The notes beneath the pieces are model-generated. The model was given only the letters and a program-made list of their open reading frames with translations, was not told the origin of the DNA and made no database searches. The position numbers were made by a program, and so were the translations under genes. A stretch of 64,000 nucleotides of DNA, from assembly GCA_964187785.1 (NCBI GenBank), contig OZ076414.1, positions 58,218,001 through 58,282,000 of the forward strand, given 5' to 3'. Shown here piece by piece: positions 26,750 through 37,900 of the stretch. The number at the start of each line of letters is the position of its first letter. Within the stretch, counting starts at the first letter, position 1. This DNA is from Amphiscolops sp. MND2022 (Eukaryota).

Positions 26750-29150
26750 CATGCCGTCTTTTTTGGGGATTTGGTATTGATGTTTGAATTCATTGTTTCG
26801 TGATCGATGTTGTGATAATCGGCTTCCGGTCTATTTCTAATAATTATAATGGTTTCGTCTAAGGTCTTATTCACAAATCCATTTCAGTATTCGGAGCGAG
26901 AAGTTCGTTTTCTGAGTAAGAAGGACCAGGCTTGTTGTTCTCCGCATCATCTTCATCAGCTGTTAAATTGTTGTTTCTATTTGCTCTGATCTCCTTAAGT
27001 ATTTCTTCAAATTTGCTTTTTAGCTGTTCTTCAATCTGTGTTATTTCAGTGTTGTTCTGTTCAGCTAGTCTTTGAGAAATGACTTCTATCTCATTGCAGA
27101 CTTCTGAAGGTTCCGTTACTTCACTGTTACCTAAGTTCCTGTCAAAAATGTTGTTAAGATTCTCAGAATTGTCAATTAGAATCATTTTACCTTGTGTGAA
27201 ATTTGCTTTCAGGAAAGGTAATTTCTTCTCTGTCTGAAGACTGAGATTCTTTTCTCCTTGAGCGTCTATTTCTTTTGTTTCCCAGGGTGAAAACAACGTT
27301 AGGCGTGAAAATCTTTGAATTTTGAAGAATCTGAGTGAAATGAAAATGCAGATAATTTGCAGAGAGATAAAGAGCAAAATGAAGGAAATGCGAGAATGTT
27401 TGGCAATGCTGGGGTGACTGTCTTGTGCGAGTGTTTGTTGTTGAATGATCGTGGAGAAAAACTGATTTCTAAAGTTTTTTCTCAAAAGATTTCATTGGAT
27501 ATTATTTTTAGTAGCATGACCACCAATTTTACTGAACTCATCATAATGTCATGTTTTCTAGGGTCAAAAGTTGAAAATAAATCATTACATCGCATCCCTA
27601 GAAAGTCTAAATGTTGCGCCGGGGTAGAGGCGGATGGATGCGGAATAATATGCAAACTATGCTGTTTATCAATATATCTCCGCATATACTGATTTATGAA
27701 CACCGCATAAATCAGTAATATTCACTAGTGCTGCTCTGCTGCTGTTCAATATGCTGTTTTCTAGTATAAACATCACGCTGTTTTAAACCGCAAATTTCCC
27801 AAAAATGCTGTTTTATACAAACCGTTAATACAGTATAAATTACTAGCACAAAAGCGTATAGATTAACGATGCTGCTTTCTGAGTGAATCATCAGGCTCTT
27901 TTCAGACATTTTCTGCATCATTGGGCTATAAAGACCCTATTACTGATTTTATAAGTGCATAGAAAACAGTCTCACTTCGTGGATTTGGGTGATTAAACAA
28001 GGGTTTGGTCCGGATCAGATAACGATAAGGCTAGTTTTTTAGTTGTTTTTTTTTATCAACGCATTTTTCAAACAAAGAATTTTCAACAACAGCCATCATT
28101 TAGTTGGGAACAATCAAATCAACAACAACGTTTTGAACAAGCAATATAACAAAAATGTTTAAGCTAAAGACAAAGTTTCAAATGTTTGCTATCTTTTCCT
28201 TTTCATTTAAATCGTTGTGTTACCTGGACTGTAGGTGGTATTGACTGTTTCACCGGTGTTGCACCCCGGACATCTCGCACGGTATCCCTGCGACAGATTT
28301 CTGTTGGTATAGTTTCCGGTTTTTACATCTTTTTGTTTAAGTGTTGACATCAGTTCCTCAATTTTGTAATTGTTTCTAAACTCTTTTGTGAAATTCCATT
28401 TTTGAGGTGAGCTGGTATCTCTGTTTTTCTCTATTTCATTCAGTTACTTTCTGCTCTAAAGTAACTGTCCTTGTCTTGTCTTTTTTGGGCAATTTTCTGT
28501 TTCAATTCCGTTGATCGCATCCCTCAAATCCATGAAAAAACTCAGATTTTTTTCGTTTTGTGTTTTTGTTCTAGATAATCTTTTTGGTTTGAATTTGGAT
28601 TGATTCTTCGATAGCTATTCTGTTCTGTTCACGTTTTTACTCGGTCCTTGTATTCAGTCATCGTGACAAAGCTTCCGGGTGTATTCCCCACAAGAAAGCT
28701 TTTTGGATGCTTATTTCCTTTTCAGTCGAACCGTTTTCTGTCACAGCATTTCCACTCGTGAGGTGCATGACATCCGAGTTGTGTTTCCATTCGTGTTTTC
28801 CCGGAAGCTCTCTAGCCATTTTGTGATGTGAAAATTCGTTCACAATTCGAGGCCTCTGTTCCAAAGTTTCATGTTTCGATATATGTTTCCTGTTTCATAT
28901 TTGTTCCATTCGTTATCATTTGTAGGAACAAAAACTCATAGTTGATGAAATTATTGTGATTTGCTGACGACACCATTTTCTATTTGATCCAAAAGGTGGA
29001 AATCGATTGTTTCTTGGTGTATTTTTTCTATGTTATCGCTACGAAGGCTCCTTTTGTCAATTTCACTCATCTTTTGTCCTTTTGATGTGCAGCCTGAAAT
29101 GAAATATTCAAGGTTGTCATAATTTGGCGCTTCTTTCGAAAAATTTAAAA
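26750..29150 (-). pseudogene. Decayed gypsy-related fragments, including an LTR-type gag leader (about 26811-27250)
   Basis: ORF 26871-27485 has EEILKEIRAN..DEDDAENNKPGPS, resembling REILKMIEN..DDEDAENTEY in the gag leader of B. The rest is fragmentary. Confidence 0.4.
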
Positions 29151-29949
29151 AGTTGAAATTTTAGTAGTTTCTGTGGTTTCTAGGATATTAATCAACGAAT
29201 GGACTCATTGGGATCCATTGCTTTGTGGATCCAAAAAGGGCGAAAGTTAGGACCCTTTGATTGCATCTGATCTTTGGAAATACAGGATTTTGAAAAGATT
29301 TGCGAACGACTGATAATGAACAATTTTTCAGGAAGGAACACTTGTTCTTGGAAATCTTTGGATTCAATCAAAGGTGCCGAATTCTTTGGAATGGAATTTA
29401 CAGCTGAGCATGGTTCTCGAGTTGAAAAAGGTGAGTTTGGGGAAGTTTTTTGCAAGCAAATACTGTTCAATTTATGGTCGGCACATTTTGTACCACAAAA
29501 TGGGTCACTGTCACGTTGCCTGGTTTTTAAAAAATTTCTTCAAGAGCTTTTTGAAATAATTTGAAAAGGCCAATTCTGTGTTCCAAGTATCTCTCCTTTC
29601 AAATTTTTCTTTGTGAGACTCACGAAAAACTGAAAATTGCGTAATAACATTATTTTAGCACAATCGTAAGACTGTGGGTTTTTGATTTTAATATGTTGCG
29701 CCGACTAAAAAGAAACGCTGCGTATCCGTAAAACTGATCCAATCATAGTAAAGTCTTGGAATGCTCAAATGCATTTTGGAAGGTGTCAGGGCATTTCATC
29801 CTGTTCAAATTTGACCCAAGAAGTTTTAATAATCTTCAATAAGATGATGAAATGGAATATGTCGTATGATCAAGTACTTTTCCTACCTACCCGCTCTATT
29901 AACTCATCACGCGAAAAATTTCTGAGAGTAAACTTCAACTCACACAGAT

Positions 29950-30475
29950 CCATCAGGTGCAATTACACCTGACAATAACAGTTGTCCTTAAAACTATCAA
30001 CCCTAATTCACTCAATTATTATCAGACCTGATCAGATTCAACCCCAATTCAATTCGCAATCGAAACAAGACAGTGATGGTGAATGCACACAGGAAAAGAG
30101 TTGACCTCATATGACTAAAGTGGAACCGGAACAGAATGAAACAACTTCATGTATATGAGACCGTAATGGCTCAATCTGAGTGCATGTCGAAAGCCGCTGC
30201 CACTTCCTCTTACTACTTACATTACTTTGACATTTGTTTACTTAGCGCACGACCGGATGGCGCGGCAAGAGCTATATAACAGCTCATACTGCCTCTCGGA
30301 TATATGTACAAAGCCATCACATTTCATCCCTCTTTTCCGATACTCAATTCAAGCTCTAAGCCAGTGATCTAACTCGTCAACCACAGTATCCTCTAGTCGT
30401 TAACTACCAAAAACAGCTAAAGTATTCTCAGTTTCCAATAAACTGACCGGTAGTACAACCACTGGTGACAACTCA
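29950..30475 (+). mobile_element. Probable LTR fragment of another element with PBS-like TGGTGACA
   Basis: TATATAA near 30275, AATAAA near 30438, then ...TACAACCA C TGGTGACAAC. No partner LTR in the window. Confidence 0.3.
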
Positions 30476-30699
30476 AACATTCAGTCGCCACTTTCACGAA
30501 GTCTAGTTCTAGCTGGTGACCAATCAGCATCTCTGCAGCAGTTCACGACAGTCACGAATATAGACCAAGCAGTTACATGGCCTGATTCAACACCTGAAGA
30601 GCAACAGCCTGCCTCGCCGCCACCGTTTCATCACTTTTCCAAACAGGCGGAGTGTCATGCCGAACAGTTTGATTTGATTTAATAACGACTTCACCTTTC

Positions 30700-32332
30700 A
30701 GTTGTGTCGCAGCCTGTCGCCTGATGATCCGCAAAGGAACTGATTTTTGCCCACAAGTTCCGGAGGACTTACTGGTCTCCTTGAGTGTGGGTGAATTCGC
30801 CAACTAGGCAAAGCTGTCCTAGCTCGCGTTTCAGGGGTAATGAGGGGAGTCGTTCAGCCCCGGAAGAAGTCGTCGTAAAACGGGAAGCGCTCTCCTATGT
30901 CGACTAGCTCTGATTGAATGAACTTTGGCAACTCCCTAGCTAGCTCGATCTTTGTCAACACGTTCCCGTTGCGGCCTCTAACCCGGTGTTGTACTTTGCC
31001 ACTCACTGGATCTACACTTCTGAGATGTTTGTTCCTCCAACGCTGGATCTCGCCTCAGGTGCTTCTCCGTTCGGTGGTGTCGAAGGATCTCGAGGGTGTC
31101 GACCTTTGGTCTTGATCGAGAAATTCTTCTTACACACATGTCACCAGACTGTGTGGTTTGTGAATCGGGTCAGCGGGACCAGAAATGAAGGATATCGTCC
31201 AACCAATCTTGGCGAAGAACTCTTCAAGCATGGGGCCCCTCGTTGGGGCTGTCGTTTGGGCTTCTGAGGCTCCTTGGCATGAGCTTTGCGCTTGGACTTC
31301 CCACGCAGAGATTGTTCTCTGACTTCTGACAGAGTAACATCCTGGCTACTTCGGTCAGTTTCCAGGCTTCCCAAGTATTTATCCCCTGCTGATGTTGTGG
31401 CATTTGTCGTGGAGGGGCCTCCTTTATTGGTAGTCTTTAACGATACTGTTATCAAGGCCATCTCTCCAGAGATATCGCTCTCTCCGAAAAATGAGGAATC
31501 GCCTGATTCTCCTTTGTGGGTAACCTCCTGATCGTCACACTCTGAGGACGTAAATGTCTCACTCTCTACATCACTGGAATCGCTTACAGCTTGCCTGAAA
31601 GGGGTTGAGGCTCGGGCTCTTCTCCGGAAATGCTCGGTGCGAGGTGGTGCTGTGGTATTCCTCTAACCGCATCCAATGCCATTTGTTCCATGGTAGCATG
31701 ACACATCCTTAGAGTTTCGTCTGTTAAGACTCGTAACAGGTGATACATTTGTGGTTCTGTGAAGGCCACAGTTGGATGACCCCGTGGCAGGTTGAAAACT
31801 TTCGTCTCCAGGAAGTACGTCTTATGGACGCCTCGAGTTCTTCCCGACAGTGCCGGCAGCTGGTCTTCTACTCCAATGGAGGTAGATGCAATAAGCCCCC
31901 GTTGAAACAAGGTGTTGGGGCCGGATTCGTCTACAGCTGCAGCTCCTGATTCAGTTGCACTAGGGAAGCTCCCGTACAACGAAAGGCTTCCCATGTTGCT
32001 CGCTTCCTCAACTGTTTTTTCTCCTTCACTCAGGTCAGCTAGGAACAGGACTTAAGGTTCGTTGTTGGGCAGTGCAGGCACTTCATAGACGGACGACTCG
32101 TTGTCGTCCTCAGACTGGGGGATAATTGTGACAATGCCCCCATGATCCTCCCTTGAAGTCGACAATGGCTCAGGCAGTTGCGAATCAGAAGCGGTGGCGA
32201 TCCTTAAAGCTGATTTCAAAGCAGTCAAACTTGTATTGGACGCTCCCTCCTCATCAATTGGAATAGCGGTGCTTGCGCCTCTGGGTACTGAGGACAGATG
32301 ATCTTGTTGGGCTTCGGTAGTTCCGATATCAA
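30700..32332 (-). pseudogene. Antisense cargo gene of element C (part distal to the B insertion), decayed
   Basis: Frameshift-corrected translation gives FISGPADP..HVCKKNFSIKTKG..EILRHHRTEKHLRRDQRWR..DPVSGK..VRGRNG..ELVDIGERFPFYDDF..VLRNLW. This aligns with the A cargo FVSGPVDP..CQICKANISSYSKG..EILRHHSTEKRLRKDQRWR..ELVDIGEKLLFYDEY..VLRNFW. Confidence 0.8.
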
Positions 32333-32687
32333 TGTGTTGACCGTGATTCGGGAGTAAATCACTTGGTTCAACTAGTCTATACCTATATTCCGTGTTTTCA
32401 GCATCCTCGTCGTCGGGACCATGACGCACGTTGTTAGACGGTCTCTCTGTCAGTGTATCGATTTTAGAAGTCAGGTTCTCTATCATCTTCAGAATTTCGC
32501 GCTGTCCGACTTCCGCGTCTTTGATTCTTTTACTTACAGATTTTTCTATCTTTTCAGATAATTCCGTAAAATCCTTATCAGACAAACTAGCAGCGTTTTC
32601 AGTTCTCATGCTAGAAGATTCAGGTTCGTCTAAAGAGTTCACAGGAGAATCCCTTCTGGCTTTTCTTTTGGAGCTACGTTCTGGCAT
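32052..32687 (-). CDS. Chimeric read-out ORF: 118 gag-leader codons of the 3' LTR fused to flanking DNA (211 aa from the first ATG)
   Basis: Near-identical (one substitution) to the Gag N-terminus up to HGQH, then IDIGTTEAQQ... from the target site. Confidence 0.5.
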   Translation of the reverse strand: MPERSSKRKARRDSPVNSLDEPESSSMRTENAASLSDKDFTELSEKIEKSVSKRIKDAEVGQREILKMIENLTSKIDTLTERPSNNVRHGPDDEDAENTEYRYRLVEPSDLLPNHGQHIDIGTTEAQQDHLSSVPRGASTAIPIDEEGASNTSLTALKSALRIATASDSQLPEPLSTSREDHGGIVTIIPQSEDDNESSVYEVPALPNNEP

Positions 32688-34243
32688 CTTACTTAAGGCT
32701 TGATAATTCTCGATTTTCTTTTTGAGGAAATTAGAGCAAGTTCTCAAGTGACAAAGTGCGACGTTTCAAGATTTTTAATTATCGTTAAACGAAAGATAAT
32801 TGTTTCGCAAAATAACAAAATTCAACTAAAAAATGGCTTCTAGCTCGCATTGTATTTATACTTTTCATCCCGGAAATCGGGGAAAAGACACGAACATACT
32901 TCACATTTTGTTCAGTCCGGCGTCCGTCCGAGGCAAGGAAACAGGAAGTTCAGTTCCGCTTTGTCGAACTCAGGCTTTCAGCTTGTTCATGCTTTCCGAA
33001 GAAAAGCACGCGTCCACTTCCGGCCTGAGTTGCGACTCCGCTTCCCTTCGCCTCCAATTTCCCGCCTCTTCAGGACGCCGAACTGAAAAAATTATCAACG
33101 GCACGCGCAATGAGTCACTGAATAAGATTGATTAACTGCACAAATTTGGGAAAAAATGATGACAACCAATTTTTCTTTACAAATATTTCCCTAAATTAAA
33201 TAAATCAGCAAAGTTTGAATGAAATTTAACACAGATTACACATTAGGCTTCAAATGAAAGAGTAGAATTGCTTCTACAGTATTTGTAGCTCTGATTTTGG
33301 TTAATAACACAAAGCCTGGTCCCAGGCCATAGTCCGGGACGGACAAACATGTTCAGTGGGTAAAGCAACTATTAATTATAAACAGCATCAGATATATTGT
33401 TCGGAAAGGTATTTAATGCAATTGAACGACAACAGATTCAGGGAACAGGGTATGCATGTTATTAACACTTGGTTTAATATTCGGTACTAAATCTTTGGTT
33501 CAGGCCGCGGTTCAGGCCTGTTTATAGATTAATCAACATTTACATGTAAAAGAACGTTATATGTAATATTTTAAACTACAATATAGTTTAAGATCATAGA
33601 TAATAATCTCTGGCTTCATTTTGAGACAAAGTTACGTGGTAGCATCATCATCTTTCACTTTCGTGATTGATTTATCGTAATTAATTCTCAGGCCGCATCC
33701 CAGGCCGCGGTACGTGATGTTCTATTAAGTTAGCACAGTAATCTCAATTGTTGGTATATTTGCATTCGTATTGTTAATAAATCACTGCACTAGACATTAG
33801 TTCATTTACATGTATTCACTATAGCGCGCGCTTGCATATTAATCCGCTGAGGTTGCAATTCTCAGGCTGCCTGCCAGGCCGCCGCTTCAGTGCGAGTATT
33901 TGAGGCCGGCTGCCAGGCCTCAGTTCCGCCTTCGATTTCTCAGTTCATTCACTGAGCGGTGCGATTCGATAATTATTATTACATAGTATTGTATTATTAT
34001 TAACTGCACAAATAGCTCCGTTATTCCGTAAGTACGTATTTATATAAGTGTACAATATTATGATAATAATACTAATATGCATATATATTATTAATTTAAC
34101 TTCAAATTTATATTGTTTAGCTCCTTTGTTTCTGATTGTTTGTCCGCTGTCTATTTCCTCTTCTTTTGTTCTTTTTCCAATTTATTCTTCGAAGACTGGG
34201 TTGTGTTTGTTGCAATACTCGCAGCTCAGTCGGGGCTGTGACA
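32333..34243 (-). repeat. 3' LTR of element B (1911 bp)
   Basis: Direct repeat of 46023-47934 with 7 substitutions and 1 indel by manual comparison. Starts TGTCACAG and ends CAACACA on the minus strand. Confidence 0.97.
33311..33919. promoter_or_regulatory. Array of paired CAGGCC motifs with 12-bp period in the U3 of element B (mirrored at about 47002-47610)
   Basis: Pairs start at 33501/33513, 33689/33701, 33863/33875 and 33902/33914, with a degenerate pair at 33311/33323. Confidence 0.7.
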
Positions 34244-34766
34244 GTCCTCGGCTTCTGTACCCAATTCCCTCAGGAAGAAGAAATTGGGAAATCGATCGAA
34301 TCGGGGTCTCAAATAGCGTTGGGAGATCGTCAGTTGATGAATTGTAGGATCGCCAAGATGAGTCTGTCTCCCAATCACTTCCCGAATAGTAGCCTTCTGA
34401 GCTACTGTAGAAACTTATCGGGCTATCAACGTTGTAGTCGGGATCATCGTAAATTTCACGGTCGAATTGCCTGACCGGACTCATAAATGTGTCTTCGGGG
34501 ATCACTGGGTTGTCTTGCGTGAAACGTCTGATGACTCCCATCTCGTTTTCTGTGTTCGTAGTATCGGCCGGCGTTTCTTCATGTACTAGGACTACGTGGT
34601 AGTCCTGTGTTTTAACGATTTCGTTAGTAATGTTAATTTGCCGCGTGGTAATTAGGTTATAATCTGGTGGCGGTGTACCGGCTCTTTGTTCGGGCTGCTG
34701 CTGTTGATCTCGTTCGAGAATGAAGACGTCTTCGTCCATTTTGCTGTTTGAATTGGGATGATTCAT
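34182..34766 (-). CDS. Sense acidic accessory ORF of element B (194 aa), crossing the PPT region into the 3' LTR
   Basis: Intact ATG ORF, D/E/S-rich with SDWETDSSW and a C-terminal CEYC. Its last 62 nt lie in the LTR. TATATAA on the minus strand at 34890-34896. Confidence 0.65.
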   Translation of the reverse strand: MNHPNSNSKMDEDVFILERDQQQQPEQRAGTPPPDYNLITTRQINITNEIVKTQDYHVVLVHEETPADTTNTENEMGVIRRFTQDNPVIPEDTFMSPVRQFDREIYDDPDYNVDSPISFYSSSEGYYSGSDWETDSSWRSYNSSTDDLPTLFETPIRSISQFLLPEGIGYRSRGLSQPRLSCEYCNKHNPVFEE

Positions 34767-34985
34767 TGTAGTAGTAAACTAAGCGTCAGTCGATTTTTAG
34801 TACAACTGATTTGCTTCGCTTGGAAAATTTGTTCACACGGTTTGTGTCAACTCCATGAATTGTTCAGCTGGCAGACTGAACAACTCTCCTTATATAGTAG
34901 ATAACTTTTAGTAATAATATTTCCATTGATTTTACGCCACATCTTTTTATTTTTTTCATGGTTTGTTATTTTCAGACAATTGATT
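34767..34985. promoter_or_regulatory. Candidate internal bidirectional promoter between the sense ORF and the antisense cargo gene
   Basis: 219 bp between divergent ATGs. TATA element at 34890-34897. Splice acceptor TTTTCAG at 34975, just before the cargo ATG. Confidence 0.5.
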
Positions 34986-37900
34986 ATGTGTTCTACTGAG
35001 GAAGATAGTGCATTGTTGCACCGCAGTCGAGAAGCAGAGTTAGTGGAGAGTGGAGCAGAAGTTGAGTCTGTGGTTGAGTCGGTTGTCCGAGGAGAGGAAA
35101 AAACTAGTGGATGTGGGGGTGATGATGAAAATGAAGACGCGAGTAGAGGCGGCGTTCAGGAGGAAGCTGGTGTGTCTGTTGAGCGAGCAGAGGGACATGT
35201 GCCAGGCTTTGGGGACAGAGCAAATTCCAGTGATGACAGCAGTGGAGAGCATGAGAGTGTTATTGCAACTGGGTCTTTCCATTCTGCCACAAGTGATGAT
35301 GGGCATGGCATTGATTACTCGGCACGGAAGAAAGGTAATCTTTTCTAGAAATTAATAGGTGGCCAGCCTTTTCTAGGTTTTTTGAACGCGTTCTATTCAT
35401 CTACTTTCTGTAGCTACCGATGATGGATCTGATGAGGATTATGCCCCGATCCGTAGCACGAGGTCCCAAGGGAAGAAGAAGACAAGGGCCAGTCGAATGT
35501 TGTCAACTACCAGTGTGCAGTCTGCGAAACGGGTTCGGTTGGCGGATGTCATTTCTGGTTCGATTGCCAGGCCGCCCTCTGTTCATGACAGTTCGGGACA
35601 TGACCATGAGCCCCCCATGATTTCTGCTTCTCGGACTCTTGAAAGTAGGTATTCTTTCTCTTTCTCTTTCTAGGGGTGTCAAGTACAATGAAATGGGTTC
35701 GTGTATCGCTTGTAGGGACACTTGTTCTGCATTTCCTGTTGTTCATACTTTGGTTGTATTATAGTTGCTGGAGCAGTGCCTGGGCCGGGATATGAGTCTT
35801 CCGAGGACAGTGATGTATTTGTGTGTGAGGTGGCGGGTGATACTCCTGCCCCTGTCAGTGATGCTGTCTCGGAGCTACCCGGTGTGTCGTCCAAGCGTGG
35901 CAGGACTCAGCACGGACGAGTCGCTGTTGGGGTGGAGGCTTCAGTTGTGTATAATGACTGGGAAAATGGTACGTTGAATTTTCATTTCCATTCCTCTCTT
36001 TATGCTCTCTTCGTGTTGTGTACTTTTGCTCATCGTGCGGTTTAGCGTCAAATATAGGGTTGTGAAACTTGCTTGTTTGTTGTTAGCTGGTCTGGATGCA
36101 GTTCCTCCTGATTCGCCAATGATGATGTCCGCGGCGCAATGTGTGTTACTGGCCCGAAGTGCTGCCCGAGCAGAGCGGACTGAGTCTCTTAAAGAAACTA
36201 AAAGCCTGTCTAAGCGTAAGTGTATTGTTGTTGTTCTGTTGTTTGGCTTTCTTGACTTCTTCGGTGGTTTCTTTTGGGTTGTTTTGGTTGCTTCTATCTC
36301 TTGGATGTTTATATTAAGTGTTGTTGTATGCTGTCATTTGTTTGACTACTTGTTGTTGTGTTTAGAATTTGAGGAGTTGCCTCGGCTCTTGAAAGGGAAA
36401 GGCATTGACGCTGATAACCCTGGACGAGTGCTGGATCCTCTAGAGGCGAAGAAGGCGAGACTGTTGGCTCGGGATGAAGAACGGTCAAAACGTCAGACGG
36501 AGCGTCATGTGTTGACAAAAGCCATGAGTGACCATGCGATTCCCCGGTTGTTTGTTAGTCGACGGGATGACAAGAGTCCGAATGGGTTCAACTGTTCAAT
36601 TTGCATGAAAGATGTTTCCTTTCTGTCTCGGGGTGCACGAGGCATCTGGCGGCATTTCAAGTGCAAGGGTCACTACCTCAAGGATCGTCGGTACCGTTAC
36701 GATCACGAGGATGTTATTTATACGGAGAAGTTTGATCCCATGCGAGTTGCTGACCTGAGTGCTGAACAACGCGCCGAGATTGAGGAAACTCCGCCTGTGG
36801 TATTGGGGCGGATGAATAAATTTCTGGAAGACGAAGTGGACGCACTGGTTGGCGCCCCATCCAATGTGCCCCCAACGACTCTTGTGGGATGTTTGTTGAA
36901 ACTGTTGAAGAGTGGAGGGTCCCAATTGTTCTTGCGTCGGCTGTGGAACCAGTTCCGGACTACTTTGCCAGTCGATAGTCCATACGCTTCAGTTACTTGG
37001 AGTAAGACGGAAACATTAGCGGTCCTTGTGCAGACTCTCTATCCTCGTGTTCTTCGTCGTGTGAAGTCATGGCTTGGGGACGGCCCGTTTAGCTTGGCGC
37101 TGCAGTCTTCATACTCCGGTGTGAAGTGTATCGTCCGATGCTGCCCCGATGACTGTCTCCGCGAGGTGCACCTCTTTGAAGAGCCTCATGGTGAAACATC
37201 CTGTGAGGCTGAGATGCGGTGTCTAGCACGAGTTCTGTCCCTTGTGTCGACTATTCGTGGACCTGCTTCAATTTTGAACTGCCCGCCTGTTCTAGTTAAT
37301 GGGTATATCGACTGGTGTCAGACCGTTGGTCGTCCTGTGCCTGTTGTTGCTATGGCTTTCGATCCCGATATGTTGCGACGTCTGATCAATGAGTCCAGTA
37401 TTGTGTGTGTGTGGGGTCTGTGGATCCGTTCTCAGCTCTGGAGTATTTGGTTCAGCGTCTCAAGCGGGTGCGTCATCAGGCGTGGTTATTAAATCTGCCT
37501 CAATTGCGTCTATGTTTGGAAACCGGAGTCGTGCCCTTTGCGTCTTTGTGTGGGATTCTGCGGGAACTTCTGGATAATTGGGCTGACGTGAAGCTGTGCT
37601 TATCGAACAATGTGCTATTGATGAAGAAGTCAGCGAATGTTGTGGATCTAGATTCTCTTCTGTGTGCTGATCGTCTGGTCTTGCCGCGCTTTGCCTTTTT
37701 GCACGTTGTGTTGCTGTGCTACAATTCAAATTCAGGAGGCAGCAGGATCCGAAAGTTCGGGATTACGCGTGTCGCAATTTTACTGACTTTTGCTTTTTTT
37801 ACTGGAGTCTTTTGGGCAAGGTGAAGAAAGTTAGTCAGTTGCCGTCGGTGGATAATTGGTTTGAGTACATTGATCAGCCTCTGACCAATTGGGCGAATGT

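Noticed and set aside
36216-36365. Strongly hydrophobic stretch in ORF 36002-37492 suggesting a membrane or env protein
   Set aside because: It coincides exactly with a 150-nt GT-rich intron (C|GTAAGT...TTTAG) that happens to be in frame. No signal peptide, furin site or fusion-protein features were seen.
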